From Owenia fusiformis (Eukaryota): 64,000 nt of DNA. The translations under genes and the position numbers were made by a program. The DNA is taken from assembly GCA_903813345.2 (NCBI GenBank), contig CAIIXF020000001.1, positions 22,816,001-22,880,000 on the forward strand. The letters run 5' to 3'. Shown piece after piece: positions 1-11,280 of the stretch; positions within the stretch are counted from its first letter, which is position 1; the number at the start of each line of letters is the position of its first letter. Under the pieces are notes generated by a model that saw only the letters and a program-made list of their open reading frames with translations, did not search any database and had not been told where the DNA came from.

Positions 1-372
1 CATTTATCAAAAATTACCTATATTTTGACAATATTAAGCCATAACCTATAGCGGGAGATTGAAAGAATCTGTCTGTCACTATAAGTGTCACTATAAATAA
101 GGTATGAATCCAATGTATGAACATGTGTTAAACTCTTATGAAATAATAAAGGGAATAGTGTTATTTCACTGTTCCCATACTTATTTTGAAATTAAATCAA
201 CCCAAGAATATGTTTTCAGGTAATTCCAAGAGTGTACCATTTCTTTGCCAAAATTGTGTACTTTTCTTGTAATTATCATTTTTCTGAGGTTTAAGAATAT
301 ATTCACATTCAATATTCTAACAAAACACACTTACCAAATCAAATATGTGTTGGTTTATTGTTCAAGCCTAGC

Positions 373-2105
373 CATCGATAACGTACAGTGACAAAATATA
401 CCGTCGTACACTTTAGATGAACTGTGTCACCATTAACTGATTTGAAACAAAAACTTTGATAAAGGTTTGTTGTACGTCTTAAAAATATAATATAAGGAAT
501 ATATAAAGGATTTCATTTTTAATTTCTTGTGTATTTGCGACCTTTATCTTTCTGATTATGTTTAAAGATTCTCTTTTTTCGTTACTTAAATCTACTCACA
601 AAATATATCGGTTGGAAAAGGTTGGTTTTTTCACATTACCTTCCCCTGACGCATTGAGTCTTACTTAAGGTAAATGGTGCATGGTGTGTTCCTATTTTGG
701 GTAAAAAATCACTAGGAAAGAATATAAATTGCAAAAATAGATAATAAAGCCAAAGGTCATGATCACCCTTCGCACACGTCAATGGCAGCCATTTTTCAAA
801 ATGGCCGTCTACTTGCCAATATGTCAGAAGAGAGTGTGCTATACTTATGAGTATTCACGTATCAAATATGAACAAAATCGCCCTATTTCTTTTTGAGTTA
901 TAGTGAAAAAGGTAAAAAAACACACGTAAAAAATGGTGGTCATTTTTCAAAGTGGCCGCCTACTCCCAAAATGTAAATAGACAGTTAGCCATGCTTATTG
1001 TATTCACATATCAAATGTGAAAAAAAATTGTTCCACTAATTTTCGAGTGATAGTGAAAAACGTTAAAATGTCTACAAAAATTGTCTTTAGACAATCTACA
1101 TCGCTTAGAGTATTCACATACCAAATATGAAAAAATCACTCCACTACTTTTCAAGTTTCAGCAAGAATCATAAAATAGCGTATAAAGGCCGCCATTTTTC
1201 GAGATGGCTGCAATATGCTTCCTCGATATCTACATTTCTATTTTTATTAATATCCTTTATATTTAATTAATTTCTAAAACATATTGCTATTACAGTTTTA
1301 CATGTTGTGCCTAAATTACTGTAAAATCGGCACTAAAATGGCCGCCGTTTTAAATGAGCGGCCATTTTAAAAATTAGCTTTCGAGCAGAATTTCTACCCC
1401 CATATTGTATATGTGTACAAAATATCAACAAAATCGGGCCAACGGTATTTGGGTTATTGCACTTTAGATGTACGGTGTCACTATTAACTGATTTGAAGCA
1501 AATCCTATGATGTAGGTTTGATGTGCGTTTTAAGAATAATCTGAGGAAAACAAAAGGTTTTTATTTTTAATTTCGTGCGTATTCGCTTCGATAGACTTTT
1601 AGCTTGCTGATTACGTTGAAAGATTTTCGAGCAGTAATTTTTTTTCCGAGTAAATCTACCCAAAAAACCTATCGGTTAAAAAATGTTTGTTTTTCACATT
1701 TCCTTTGATAATTTTTTCCCGTGTCGCCTGAAAGTGTAGATTATTTTGATGAGAATATGTTTGTCTCAAATACAATTTTTAAAATCTAAATTAATTTATG
1801 TACTCATCTTAAAGGTGGAAATAAAGAACCATAAACATAAACATAAAACTACACAATTCAGGATGGTCGAAGATTTGATAAATATTATGTATCGGGTATA
1901 ATTAAAAAATCTGATATGTACGTTGTCTATCCCACTGTACGGTGTCAGTGTTATTGAAATTCATGAGATGTAATATTAAACAATGCAATAATTTTATTAT
2001 CCAATCGAAGTTCGGATGGATATAGGGAACGCCTCCGTACTTTCATCAAAGTTCTTTTTTTTCAAAGTGCACGACGGTATATTTTGTCACTTTACGTTAT
2101 CAATG
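373..2105. mobile_element. Putative non-autonomous TIR element (~42-bp TIRs), internally rearranged
   Basis: 373-414 (catcgataacgtacagtgacaaaatataccgtcgtacacttt) is matched in reverse complement at ~2065-2105 (aaagtgcacgacggtatattttgtcactttacgttatcaatg). There is an internal diverged direct duplication, ~410-640 vs ~1460-1700. No TSD identified. Confidence 0.6.
770..1460 (-). mobile_element. HINE/Pearl-like interspersed repeat body (AAAATGGCCGCC core repeats), inverted copy of the 13555-14130 family
   Basis: ~1000-1460 aligns by eye in reverse complement to ~13650-14130 (e.g. cggcactaaaatggccgc vs gcggccattttagtgccg; ccaacggtatttgggttattgc vs gcaataactcaaataccgttgg). Confidence 0.7.
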
Positions 2106-2189
2106 TTGTTGCGTGAATATTAAAGCTTAAAATAAAAGTCCGACCTTCCCAAAATAAAATTAAATGAAAAAATATAAAAAAGAAATGGG

Positions 2190-2281
2190 AAACCAAGGGG
2201 AGTCGAACAAGCGTTCTACTTCTTACTAGATTATAAATATCTGTTACTACCAAACGCTCTACTCAGTGAGCTATCATGGAT
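2190..2281 (-). pseudogene. tRNA-derived Pol III head (tRNA pseudogene or SINE head)
   Basis: The minus strand reads an A-box-like TAGCTCACTGAGTAGAGCG and a B-box GTTCGACTC, followed by T-rich tracts. Spacing is longer than a canonical tRNA and there is no clean cloverleaf. Confidence 0.5.
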
Positions 2282-2344
2282 GGCTGGTGAAACACGTTTT
2301 TCTTGGTATATTTATGTACAGACTAATTATATGATCAATATTGT

Positions 2345-2532
2345 AGCAGGAATCCAAGTCCGTCAGGAAAATACGTCCGTAGGAATTTTTCATATATATT
2401 ATAGCTTGGAATATATGTCCGACTAGGACAACGTATACTAGGAACGGAGGTCCGTAGGACCTCCGGTCCTAGGAACGTAGGTCCGAAGGAATGCAAGTAG
2501 GTCCTAGGAATGCAAGTCCTAGGAGGACTTGT
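2345..2532. repeat. Cluster of short GTCC(G)TAGGA repeats with a central hairpin
   Basis: About 10 copies of gtcc(g)taggaa-like units. A 16-bp stem (2438-2453/2457-2472, one mismatch) closes a GTA loop. Confidence 0.7.
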
Positions 2533-3526
2533 TTTCCAAAGGGACTTATACTCCTGTTACACCGGTTTTTTAAAATAATTTTCCAAATGATAGATAAAAA
2601 ATAATCGAATAATTGAACGGAGGGGGGGGGGGGAGTGAACGGAGGGGGGGGTGTGGAATAATATGTCTTTAAGGTGGAAGAAATTTCCACAAATTCGTGA
2701 ACTTGAAAAATGAACTCACTTACTCAGTAATTTGATGTTACAACTCTGAAAAGTGAAAAATGGGGACATATGGAGTTAATGGAAGTTTTCATATGTCTTA
2801 TAGACATATTACTCCCCCCTCCGTTCAATTTTAATAACGTTAGATTACTTTTTATATAACGTATGGTAACGTGTTTTACAAAACCAATGATGACAATAGT
2901 TTTGTGATAATTACTTCACTTACAAGTATTTATTACAGATCGTGTAGACCCCTGTTGGTTGATTTATAGCAAAAAATTGGCATTTGCACATTGTCGACGC
3001 TGCACTTTTTTAATAGATCTTTTATTTTAGAACTCCACAGTTCAAAAAAATCCAAGAAGACCTAACATATTCCACCGTCCACTGCGTCTATTCATTTAGC
3101 CATTCAATCGTAAACTTTCTCTTGAAAAAATAAATCTTCTAGATTTGTTGAATTTTCTACCAAAAATCAGCTAGATCTACCCCCCTCCGTTCATTTCTTC
3201 TGATCATCCGGCGTGATTCTTATTTGAGACTATATTTAACACCTCCTGTGAAAATTTGAATGAAACTTCTAAACTTACAGTATTGATTGACCTGGAATGT
3301 GAAACTAATTAGAGAGACTACTTTTCCATGTTTTTCCAACACGGTTACAGTAAGAGAGTTGGCACAATGGGGAATTTTAGGGTGCACTTTCTTCATAATT
3401 AGCCTTTTTAAATTCTAGATACCATATACCATATATTTTCTATTATACCATATTTTTTACAGCTCTTATACCATATACGATAAATTTTGCCCCCTCTTAT
3501 ACAATATACAATAAATTTTCAGCCAA

Positions 3527-3628
3527 TTGCTCCGATCCATCGGCCGGCGCCGATGTTTTGTTCAATATTGTATTCAATTTTGAACAAAATACTCAATCGG
3601 CCGGGCGCCGTAGTGAAAATCGGAGCAA
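3527..3628. repeat. Small foldback (MITE-like remnant)
   Basis: Outer arms ttgctccgat...atcggagcaa and inner arms ttttgttcaa...ttgaacaaaa. Confidence 0.5.
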
Positions 3629-3972
3629 ATGTGACCAAGGCTAGTAAAGAAATGACCATCTGAATCGGCAACAATATCACAGACCAGTATCAATATAATA
3701 TCAATATATCATGACCGTTACCATATCATACATTTCCTTTTGTATTTTGATGCTTCTCTGGACATATTCTTTTCAAAAATAAAGTCTTGACTTGTTAAAT
3801 CAGAAGAAACCACGTGTTTCCTGCACTTAAAACTAATTTATCTGAAAGTTTGTATCCATAATATGAATCTTTTTTTGCATATATTATTGCAATGTTGTCC
3901 TTTGATTGCTTTTTTATTCAGGTTTGGCCGACCAACACTTTCACAGGTTCGCACTGTAGAGTCCCTCTTTAA

Positions 3973-4379
3973 GGTTCAGCTGGAAAATAACATTTTGGGA
4001 AAAAATTACTACACCTACAAATGTTATTTTCTGGTGCAAAAGTAAGTATGAAGGCATTTGTATTTTATTTCCTTGCTTTTTTCAGGAAAGTATCATTACA
4101 TTGTCTACTTTAATTTAGTAAACCTGGAAGCAGGTCAATGGTGGCTTCTATGTTGTGTGGAAACGTTAAAAGAAAATTTGGGAAAATAGAAAGCGTGAAA
4201 TATCAGAATTTCCTGGAGTTCCCATTGACCTGCTTTCAGATTTACTAAAAGTAGAAAATGTAATGATACTTTCCTGAAAAAAGCAAGGAAATACACACAT
4301 GCCTTCATACTTCTTTAGTACCAGAAAATAACATGTGCAGGTATAGCAATTTTCCAAAATGTTATTTTCCAACTGTACC
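3973..4379. mobile_element. Foldback MITE with TTAA target duplication, Kolobok-like
   Basis: TTAA at 3969-3972 and 4380-4383; termini GG...CC; ~165-bp inverted arms (3973-4141 vs ~4222-4379). A TTAA TSD with RR..YY ends is the Kolobok signature, whereas piggyBac has YY..RR ends. Confidence 0.75.
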
Positions 4380-4754
4380 TTAATATCTTGTTATCTTCCA
4401 CGAGGTAGTAGTATATACTACAGATATCGTGAAAGCTTTGTAGTCTATCGTAGTTTCCCAGTGTTGATAACCACTCATTGAGAACCACTGACCATTTACC
4501 GTGGTGCTTCAAAAAGTGCCAAATAACACCGAAATTGAAAATGATAATATAAGAAACAATATCTCTATCGGATTTCCATGTGTTATTTGCAGTTTTTAAG
4601 TCCAGCCCAAACTGCCTATAAACAGTGTCAACCTTTCATTTATACCACGTAAACAATTCAGAAATCACACACCAGTGAGCACATTCAACCACAACGTACT
4701 TGTACCCAGGGCCATTTAGAGCAGATCACGCTATGCCTCAAAGGGGCAATACTC

Positions 4755-5410
4755 GATCAATAGGATTTTTGTTCAACATCAATATAGAAAAACCCCCAAT
4801 GACCCCTAGTTCAAAAGCTCGCCTATTTTCAAAATGGCCGCCATTTATGTCTCGCGAAATTTACTTTTGGACCATTTGCTTTAAAACCTGTGTCGATAGG
4901 ATTCTCGTTTTAAGTTATTTTTGTTCAACATCGATACAGAAAACTCCTTTATGGCTCCTGGTTCAAAAGCTCGCCTAATTTCAAAATGGCCGCCATTTAT
5001 GTCTCGCGAAATTTACTTTTGGACCATTTGCTTTAAAACCTGTTCGATAGGATTCTCGTTTTAAGTTATTTTTGTTCAACATCGATACAGAAAACTCCCT
5101 TATGGCTCCTGGTCCAAAAGCTCGCCTATTTTCAAAATGGTTGCCATTTTTGTCTCGCAGAATTTACTTTTGGCCCATTTCCTAGCTTTACAAAAAATCG
5201 GCAAAAAAATTTATCCATTTTTGAAATCCACTTTTTGACCGTTTGCCTTAAAACCTCTGTCGATAGGATTCCCGTTTTAAGTTACTTTTGTTCAACATCA
5301 TTGTATAAAACTCCTCTATGATTCCTGGTTCAAAAGCTCGCCTATTTTCAAAATGTACCATTTTTGTCTTACGAAACTCACTTGTGGCCAATTTCCTAGC
5401 TTTACAAATA
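4755..5410. repeat. Tandem repeat, ~152-bp unit, ~4 copies
   Basis: The AAAATG core recurs at 4831, 4983, 5134 and 5350 (last unit expanded). Units share caaaagctcgcctattttcaaaatggccgccattt. Confidence 0.9.
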
Positions 5411-6220
5411 ATGTCAGGTGTCCTGCATTGTAAAAAGCCATGTCACTGTAAAGATTAGTTATATGAAATACTTTTGTTACAAAAAATAGGCAAAAATTAC
5501 ATCCATTTTTTTTATTTTCTGCCATTTTAGCAGAAAAGTTTTGAATAACACCATGTTAGCCCAGTACCCATAGTACTATTTTTTTATTTTTTGTGTAGAA
5601 AGTAGCACGATTGTCACCATTGCTTGTGACCAATAGAGCGATATCCTATTCGGAGCTGTATAACGAAGGTCAATGAAAGATATCATTCTATTGAGGATTT
5701 TTTGTAGAAAATCAAACTTAAACACATTTAACGCACTACATGCATGCATACTTTATTTTTTGATAAAATACAATAGTTATAGGTATATCAAGTTACACCT
5801 TCGTATAGTTTTTTTTAATAACCAATGTTTCAAGTAATTCCTCTTTTTTAACTTACATTTCCAATCTTTTGATAATTTAATTTGTAATATTCACACCATT
5901 CCAAATCACCCCATTAACAAAGGATGAACCCAATATAATAGTGATCTTTTTTCCATGATCAGCTGTCCACTAGGATTTAAGCACCAGACTTAATAGTTTG
6001 TTTGTGATATATTTCCCAACTTAATGATTGCTTGCTTTGAACCAAGACCAAATGTAGATGTTTATAGCTAGAATACAATTAATGATTCACGTAAAGCACA
6101 AACAAAGCACCCATGTCATAGACTATCACACATTGCAAAACAGTTCCATAAAACGAAATAGAATTAATCATGGCCTCCTATTATTTGCTTCTTTCTAGTT
6201 GAAGACAGAAAGATGTAATT

Positions 6221-6727
6221 CACTGGTGATCCGCTCGATTACGCTGGTTACCGAAACGGTTCGTTTTGGTAACAAAATGTCGGAACGTCGAAGGTACGAT
6301 TTTTCTTTTTTCCTTATTTCACGCGTTGTAGGCAGAATCCCCACGACGTTTTTTCTCACAAACGTATATCAGTATCATATGTTTTAGAAAAGCTCAGATG
6401 ACAACACAATCGTCGATTTAATTCCTCACTTAAGTTGCATAAACGGTTTGGGTTAAAAGTGCAGATCTTAGCTGTTTTTCGAAATACCGTTTATGTAACT
6501 TTTAAGTGAGGAATTAAATCGACGATTCCGTTGTCTTCTGAACTATTTGTTCGCAAATATGTACATTTTCTTAAACATATGATACCGATATACGTTTGTG
6601 ATAAAAAATGTCGTGGGAATTCTGCCTACAACGTGTGAAATAAGGAAAAAAGAAAAATCGTACCTTCGATGTTCCGACATTTTGTTAACCGTTTCGGTAA
6701 CCAGCGTAATCGAGTGGATCACCAGTG
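6221..6727. mobile_element. Long foldback MITE, CACTGGTG termini, 5-bp TSD (TAATT); Transib/CMC-like
   Basis: Arms 6221-~6448 and ~6486-6727 are near-perfect reverse complements. TAATT flanks both ends (6216-6220, 6728-6732). Confidence 0.85.
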
Positions 6728-8554
6728 TAATTGAGTATTAGAATTGTAATCTGTACATCTGGCCAATTTCCAGCCGTTTTCTAGATGAGTATTCCAAAGT
6801 GCCAAAACGTCATTAATTCGCAAGTATTGACAAAATACGTGTATGAATAGTAAGTTTTGATTTTACAATGACATTGAAGATGTTGTCTATTTATCGAAGA
6901 AGTGCGCAACAGATGGTCCCTTTAAAATAAATAAATAGTTGTTCCACTCATTTTCGACACGCTCATGGTTGGCTTCGGGTATAAATTACAAAGATTTATT
7001 CTTTGTACTGCTGTGACTTTTTGCGACCCATGATTAGGAACTGAGGTCAATGTCAATGCTTATGGGTCAAGGTCATCTCAAGGTCAAAGTTTAATATATT
7101 TTGCGTTTTAAGGCACTCAAGGATACTGTGACCCTCGGCGATTCATAATTAGGTGGCCTGAGGTAAAAGTCAATGTTTGTGAGGCAAGCTCATCTCAAGG
7201 TCATATCTAGGTATTTGACGTTGTAAGACTTTTGGAAAAATTCTAAATCCAAGATTCGGTCAAGGTCAACGGATCAATATACGGATATTAGCATTTTATG
7301 GGGGCTGCTGCCATGTTGAGGCTGTTGTGACCTTTGGTGACCAATTCGAACGGGAAAATTGCAAGTACATGAAACATGCAAATGTAAAATATAACAAATA
7401 GCAACAATTGGAGTATTTTTTTTTATTATTGTCCAAATGTGGATAAGTATGCCAGCAGCCATCGAACTCAATGAGCATAATCAGTTTCACTAAATCCAGG
7501 TCAAGGCCAAAACAAACAATTCATTTGTTTTAAAATATAGAATTTCTTTAACGTTATGATAAGCTGTAATGTAATATATCATGTCCAGGTCTCTGTGTCA
7601 ATCAAAATCAAAATGAAAAATGAAAAAATAATGAATGTCTCTATCAACAACAAGCTGCTAGAGTAAAGTCCATTTAAGGCAAGATACGGGTTTAAAACAA
7701 TCATGTTTACATAATCTTTCATCAAGGCAGAATCAAATCTATGGAGGCAGCAAAATTACAAGTAACATGCATAATTGGCCTACCAATCCATTCTTTACAA
7801 TCTCAAATACAACATCTCCCAAAAGAATCACAATATGCTATAAATTGGTAAAGTTTTTAATGATTCAGAGTGCAAAGATGGGTGAAAATGTTTAAATTCT
7901 CCCAAATAATAAGAATGGTAACCATTCTTATAGAAATATATTGTAAAAATCTTTAGGTTTCCTGGAATAAACTACATGTATGCACTTTTGTGATTTTTAG
8001 AAAATTGACATGACAAGGAATAACACGAGCCAAAAATATTCTAAAATAGAAATAATTTTTGTTTAGCATGCTTGCTATATCTGATTCTCTCTTTAATTTA
8101 TACACCTATAGTCACCTAGTATCATAGTTATCATGGTAACAATGTAACCGAATGTAATTTGAAGAACGTAAGTTTCTTATTTTCTCTTATTGTAATTTTT
8201 TATTGTTGGATGTACGTTTGGCCCTATTCGATTTGATTAGGGCATCATAAATCCTATTCTATATGGTAAATATCTCATATCTTCGTTAAAATATAGATGT
8301 CAGTATGTTTAAGAGGAGGGAAAGCCCCAGAGTTTAAAGATGACAGGCATAATTACCTCTCTTGCTTACCACCTTCGTTCGTTCGAATTTTCATCGGCTA
8401 GTTATCAAATACTTCACTTCGATGGGATGTTTTAATTGGTATAGGCATATTCCGTACACCTTTCTTTATCTTGATGTGAAATGAGAAGCTATGATATTGA
8501 TTAACACTCCAGAAATGAACGTAATATTATTCGAAGCCTATTTCGAAAATTTTG

Positions 8555-8605
8555 AAACCGCCATTGATGACGTAATTTGTTTGTCGACTTTTGACCAATC
8601 AGCGA
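8555..8605 (+). promoter_or_regulatory. Candidate promoter of the SDR gene (YY1-like CCGCCATT, CRE-like TGACGTAA, CCAAT box)
   Basis: Three standard metazoan promoter motifs lie within 50 bp, ~200 bp upstream of a strong splice donor AAG|GTAAG at 8809/8810. Assignment to this gene is inference. Confidence 0.4.
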
Positions 8606-9640
8606 CGATGTCATCTCAATACAGATTTACATTAATAAGCGTATGTCATCTTTGAACCCTGGTGTTTCTCCCCCTCTGAGTATGTTTCATGGCCTCAATA
8701 ATCCGATGAGGTGATTATATTTGTTGTGTATACATGCGGTCCGTTAGTTTCACCGCCACGTTAAAATTTGCCTCGTTTTGACATTAATATGGTGGCTTGT
8801 CGCTACAAGGTAAGAACGGGCTAAAACTAGTCAGTTTGAGTGAATCTAACCATGCACATCGTATCAAATGTGTACCCGGGTAAAAACCGTTACATTGTGC
8901 GGCTATATGCGGATAGCCTTGCTTGACTTCACGTGTAGCAGAAAATAATGGAGATGTAAACAAGACGTTGTGAAAGTAAATGCAACTCGGTGTTTGAATG
9001 TAAATTCTACATGTACTGACATCTATTTTTTTAACTCAAACTTTTTCTATTTCAATCGATTATGATCAATTTACAAAAATGGACTGAACTTTACAACTGT
9101 CATTTATTGATCATAAGCTTCTAAAGTGTCGTATACGTAACTAGCCCACTACTTAAAAACCAAAATGGGCATTCCACAATGGACGGTTATATAGATAAAA
9201 AGCTCTGAATTTTATGAATATTAGTGGGTGATTAACTTTTATATACACATAAGATCGAGGGCTAGCGTAGTATAAAGAAAAGCATACAAAAGCATATGAC
9301 CTCTCCATATATCCCAAACACGCAGGGATTGTATTTCACATTTTTAGCGTCTTTGTGAGTTTCCCTACCATTACTTGTGGGATTGTGATAACAAGCATCA
9401 CGGCACAGCCGCTGAGATATCTTCAACTCCGATTTGGTACATTTTTAGATAAGGAGTACCTAATACCTATTTACTTTGTTAATGACCTTCATTGTTATCA
9501 TTGTAGGACAACTTTAGAGACACATGACTTGAGAGTACAATTGAAGTTACAACTATACTAAACAGGCCTTTGCATCATTATTTTTACTCCAAAGTAAATA
9601 ATTTGTGCGTGGATAGCATTTGTGCCTACAATTCTTCATC

Positions 9641-10675
9641 ATGAGTCTTAAGGTTGTTATCTTAGGAGCTGGTGGCCTAGTGGGGACGCGTTTGTGTCTA
9701 AAGATCGTGCAGCTACAGGAGATGCATATCAACCCTAGAGAGAGTCTACCATTGAAGAAAATCGTAATGTTCGATGCGATGGAGTTGAAAACAATCCCCG
9801 ATAGCATCAAGGGTGACGCTAGAGTCTCAGTAATGATTGGTGACTTGTGCGACAAGACGATCATAGCTAAAGCGGTAGAGCCGGACGGTTGTACGAGAGT
9901 GACTGTAATTCACCTCGCTGCTGTCCTCAGTGGTTACGCTGAAGAGAACTTCGACCTTGGTATGAAGGTGAACTTGCATGGCACGCTGAACGTTATGGAG
10001 TGCATGAGAGGTTTGGTTACGGAGCTGGGTCAACCTCAGATTTATGTCTACGTAAGCACAGATTACGTTTGCTGTTTCAACGACTATAATAAGAACCACC
10101 CAGTGAACGAAGAATCATTCCGTCTTTCACCCGTGTCATATGGTATCCAGAAGTCATGTATAGAACTGTTGATGTGCGATTACACCCGGAAGGGATTCTT
10201 AGATGGTCGAGTAGCTCGTCTCTCAGCCGTGATCGGACGTCCAGGATGGTCCAACTCAATCTCTTACCCATATACAGGTATTTTCACACAGCCACTTGAG
10301 GGGAAGGATTACGTGGTTCCTCTACCAATGGACGTCCCCTTCCCATGTTCTAGTCTTAATAACAACATAAATTGCCTGTTGTTTACCGCTAGCAACCTAG
10401 ATGGAACCAAACTTGGGCACAATCGTGTGATTCAACTTCCAGCAAAAGGTTGGACACTAAATGATATTTGGGCAGCTACCAAAGAAGTTGCATCTGAGAA
10501 AAGTGTCCAACTTGGTAAGATTACCAACCAAACAGATGGAGGTGATACCACAATTAAGGAGATCAATGTGTGTCCATATGTAGACTGTGGAAAAGCCGAA
10601 CGGCTTGGTTATCCCATGGATGTCGATCTAAAGGACATTATAAGAGACTACATCAATGTATATATAAAGAAATAG
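9641..10675 (+). CDS. Extended SDR NAD-dependent epimerase/dehydratase, D-erythronate dehydrogenase (DenD)-like, 344 aa, intronless CDS
   Basis: Intact ORF from ATG 9641 (atcATGa). Rossmann GAGGLVG; HLAAVLSGYAEENFDLGMKVN; catalytic YGIQK (YxxxK); DYTRKGFLDGR..RL...GRPG. These blocks are characteristic of the DenD/Gne-like SDR subgroup. AATAAA at ~10757. Confidence 0.93.
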   Translation: MSLKVVILGAGGLVGTRLCLKIVQLQEMHINPRESLPLKKIVMFDAMELKTIPDSIKGDARVSVMIGDLCDKTIIAKAVEPDGCTRVTVIHLAAVLSGYAEENFDLGMKVNLHGTLNVMECMRGLVTELGQPQIYVYVSTDYVCCFNDYNKNHPVNEESFRLSPVSYGIQKSCIELLMCDYTRKGFLDGRVARLSAVIGRPGWSNSISYPYTGIFTQPLEGKDYVVPLPMDVPFPCSSLNNNINCLLFTASNLDGTKLGHNRVIQLPAKGWTLNDIWAATKEVASEKSVQLGKITNQTDGGDTTIKEINVCPYVDCGKAERLGYPMDVDLKDIIRDYINVYIKK

Positions 10676-10797
10676 AATCAGTCGAGGACCAGATGTAAAA
10701 AATATGATAACAATGTATGATATTAATTGAAAGCATTAATTGTTATTCACATCATCAATAAAAAAGCATTTGGGAAGCAATTGTATTTCTTCAACCA

Positions 10798-11280
10798 AAC
10801 GACATTGACTTTGTGTATCAACGACATCGGCATTGTATATTTTCAAACGAACGACATTGGCCTTCTACCAAATGACATTGGCATTGAACAACTTCAACCG
10901 AACGACATCTGGCATTTTATATCTTCTACGAAAGACATTGGCATTGTATATCTTCAAACGAACGACATCGGCATTGTACAACTTCAACCGAACGACATGG
11001 GCATTGTATATCTTCTACGAACGACATTGGTATTGTATATCTTCAAACGAACGACATTGGCATTGTATATCTTCTACGAACGACATTGGTATTGTATATC
11101 TTCAAACGAACGACATCGGCATTGTACAACTTCAGCCGAACGGCAATGGCATTGTATATCTTCTACCGAACGACATTGGCATTGTATAATTTCAACTGAA
11201 TGGCCCTGGCATTGAATAACTCTTATCGAACGACATTGACCTTGACATTGTCTCACTTTAACTGAACAACATTGGCCTTG
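10798..11280. repeat. Minisatellite, 29-30-bp unit (aacgacattggcattgtatatcttcaaacg), ~16 copies
   Basis: Directly visible. It explains the spurious ORFs 10727-11215, 10833-11189 and 11074-11286. Confidence 0.95.

Noticed and set aside
7040-7270. Clustered TCAAGGTCA nuclear-receptor-like sites
   Set aside because: GGTCAAGGTCA repeats are a common core of invertebrate interspersed repeats and also occur at ~17010-17070, 17770 and 18340-18370. No evidence for regulatory function.
9620-9640. TTG start given in the ORF track for the SDR
   Set aside because: Eukaryotic context; ATG 9641 places the Rossmann strand at the N-terminus as in homologs.
9553-10271. Antisense ORFs overlapping the SDR (9553-9864, 9827-10099, 10077-10271)
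   Set aside because: Shadow ORFs of the real gene with no recognisable features.
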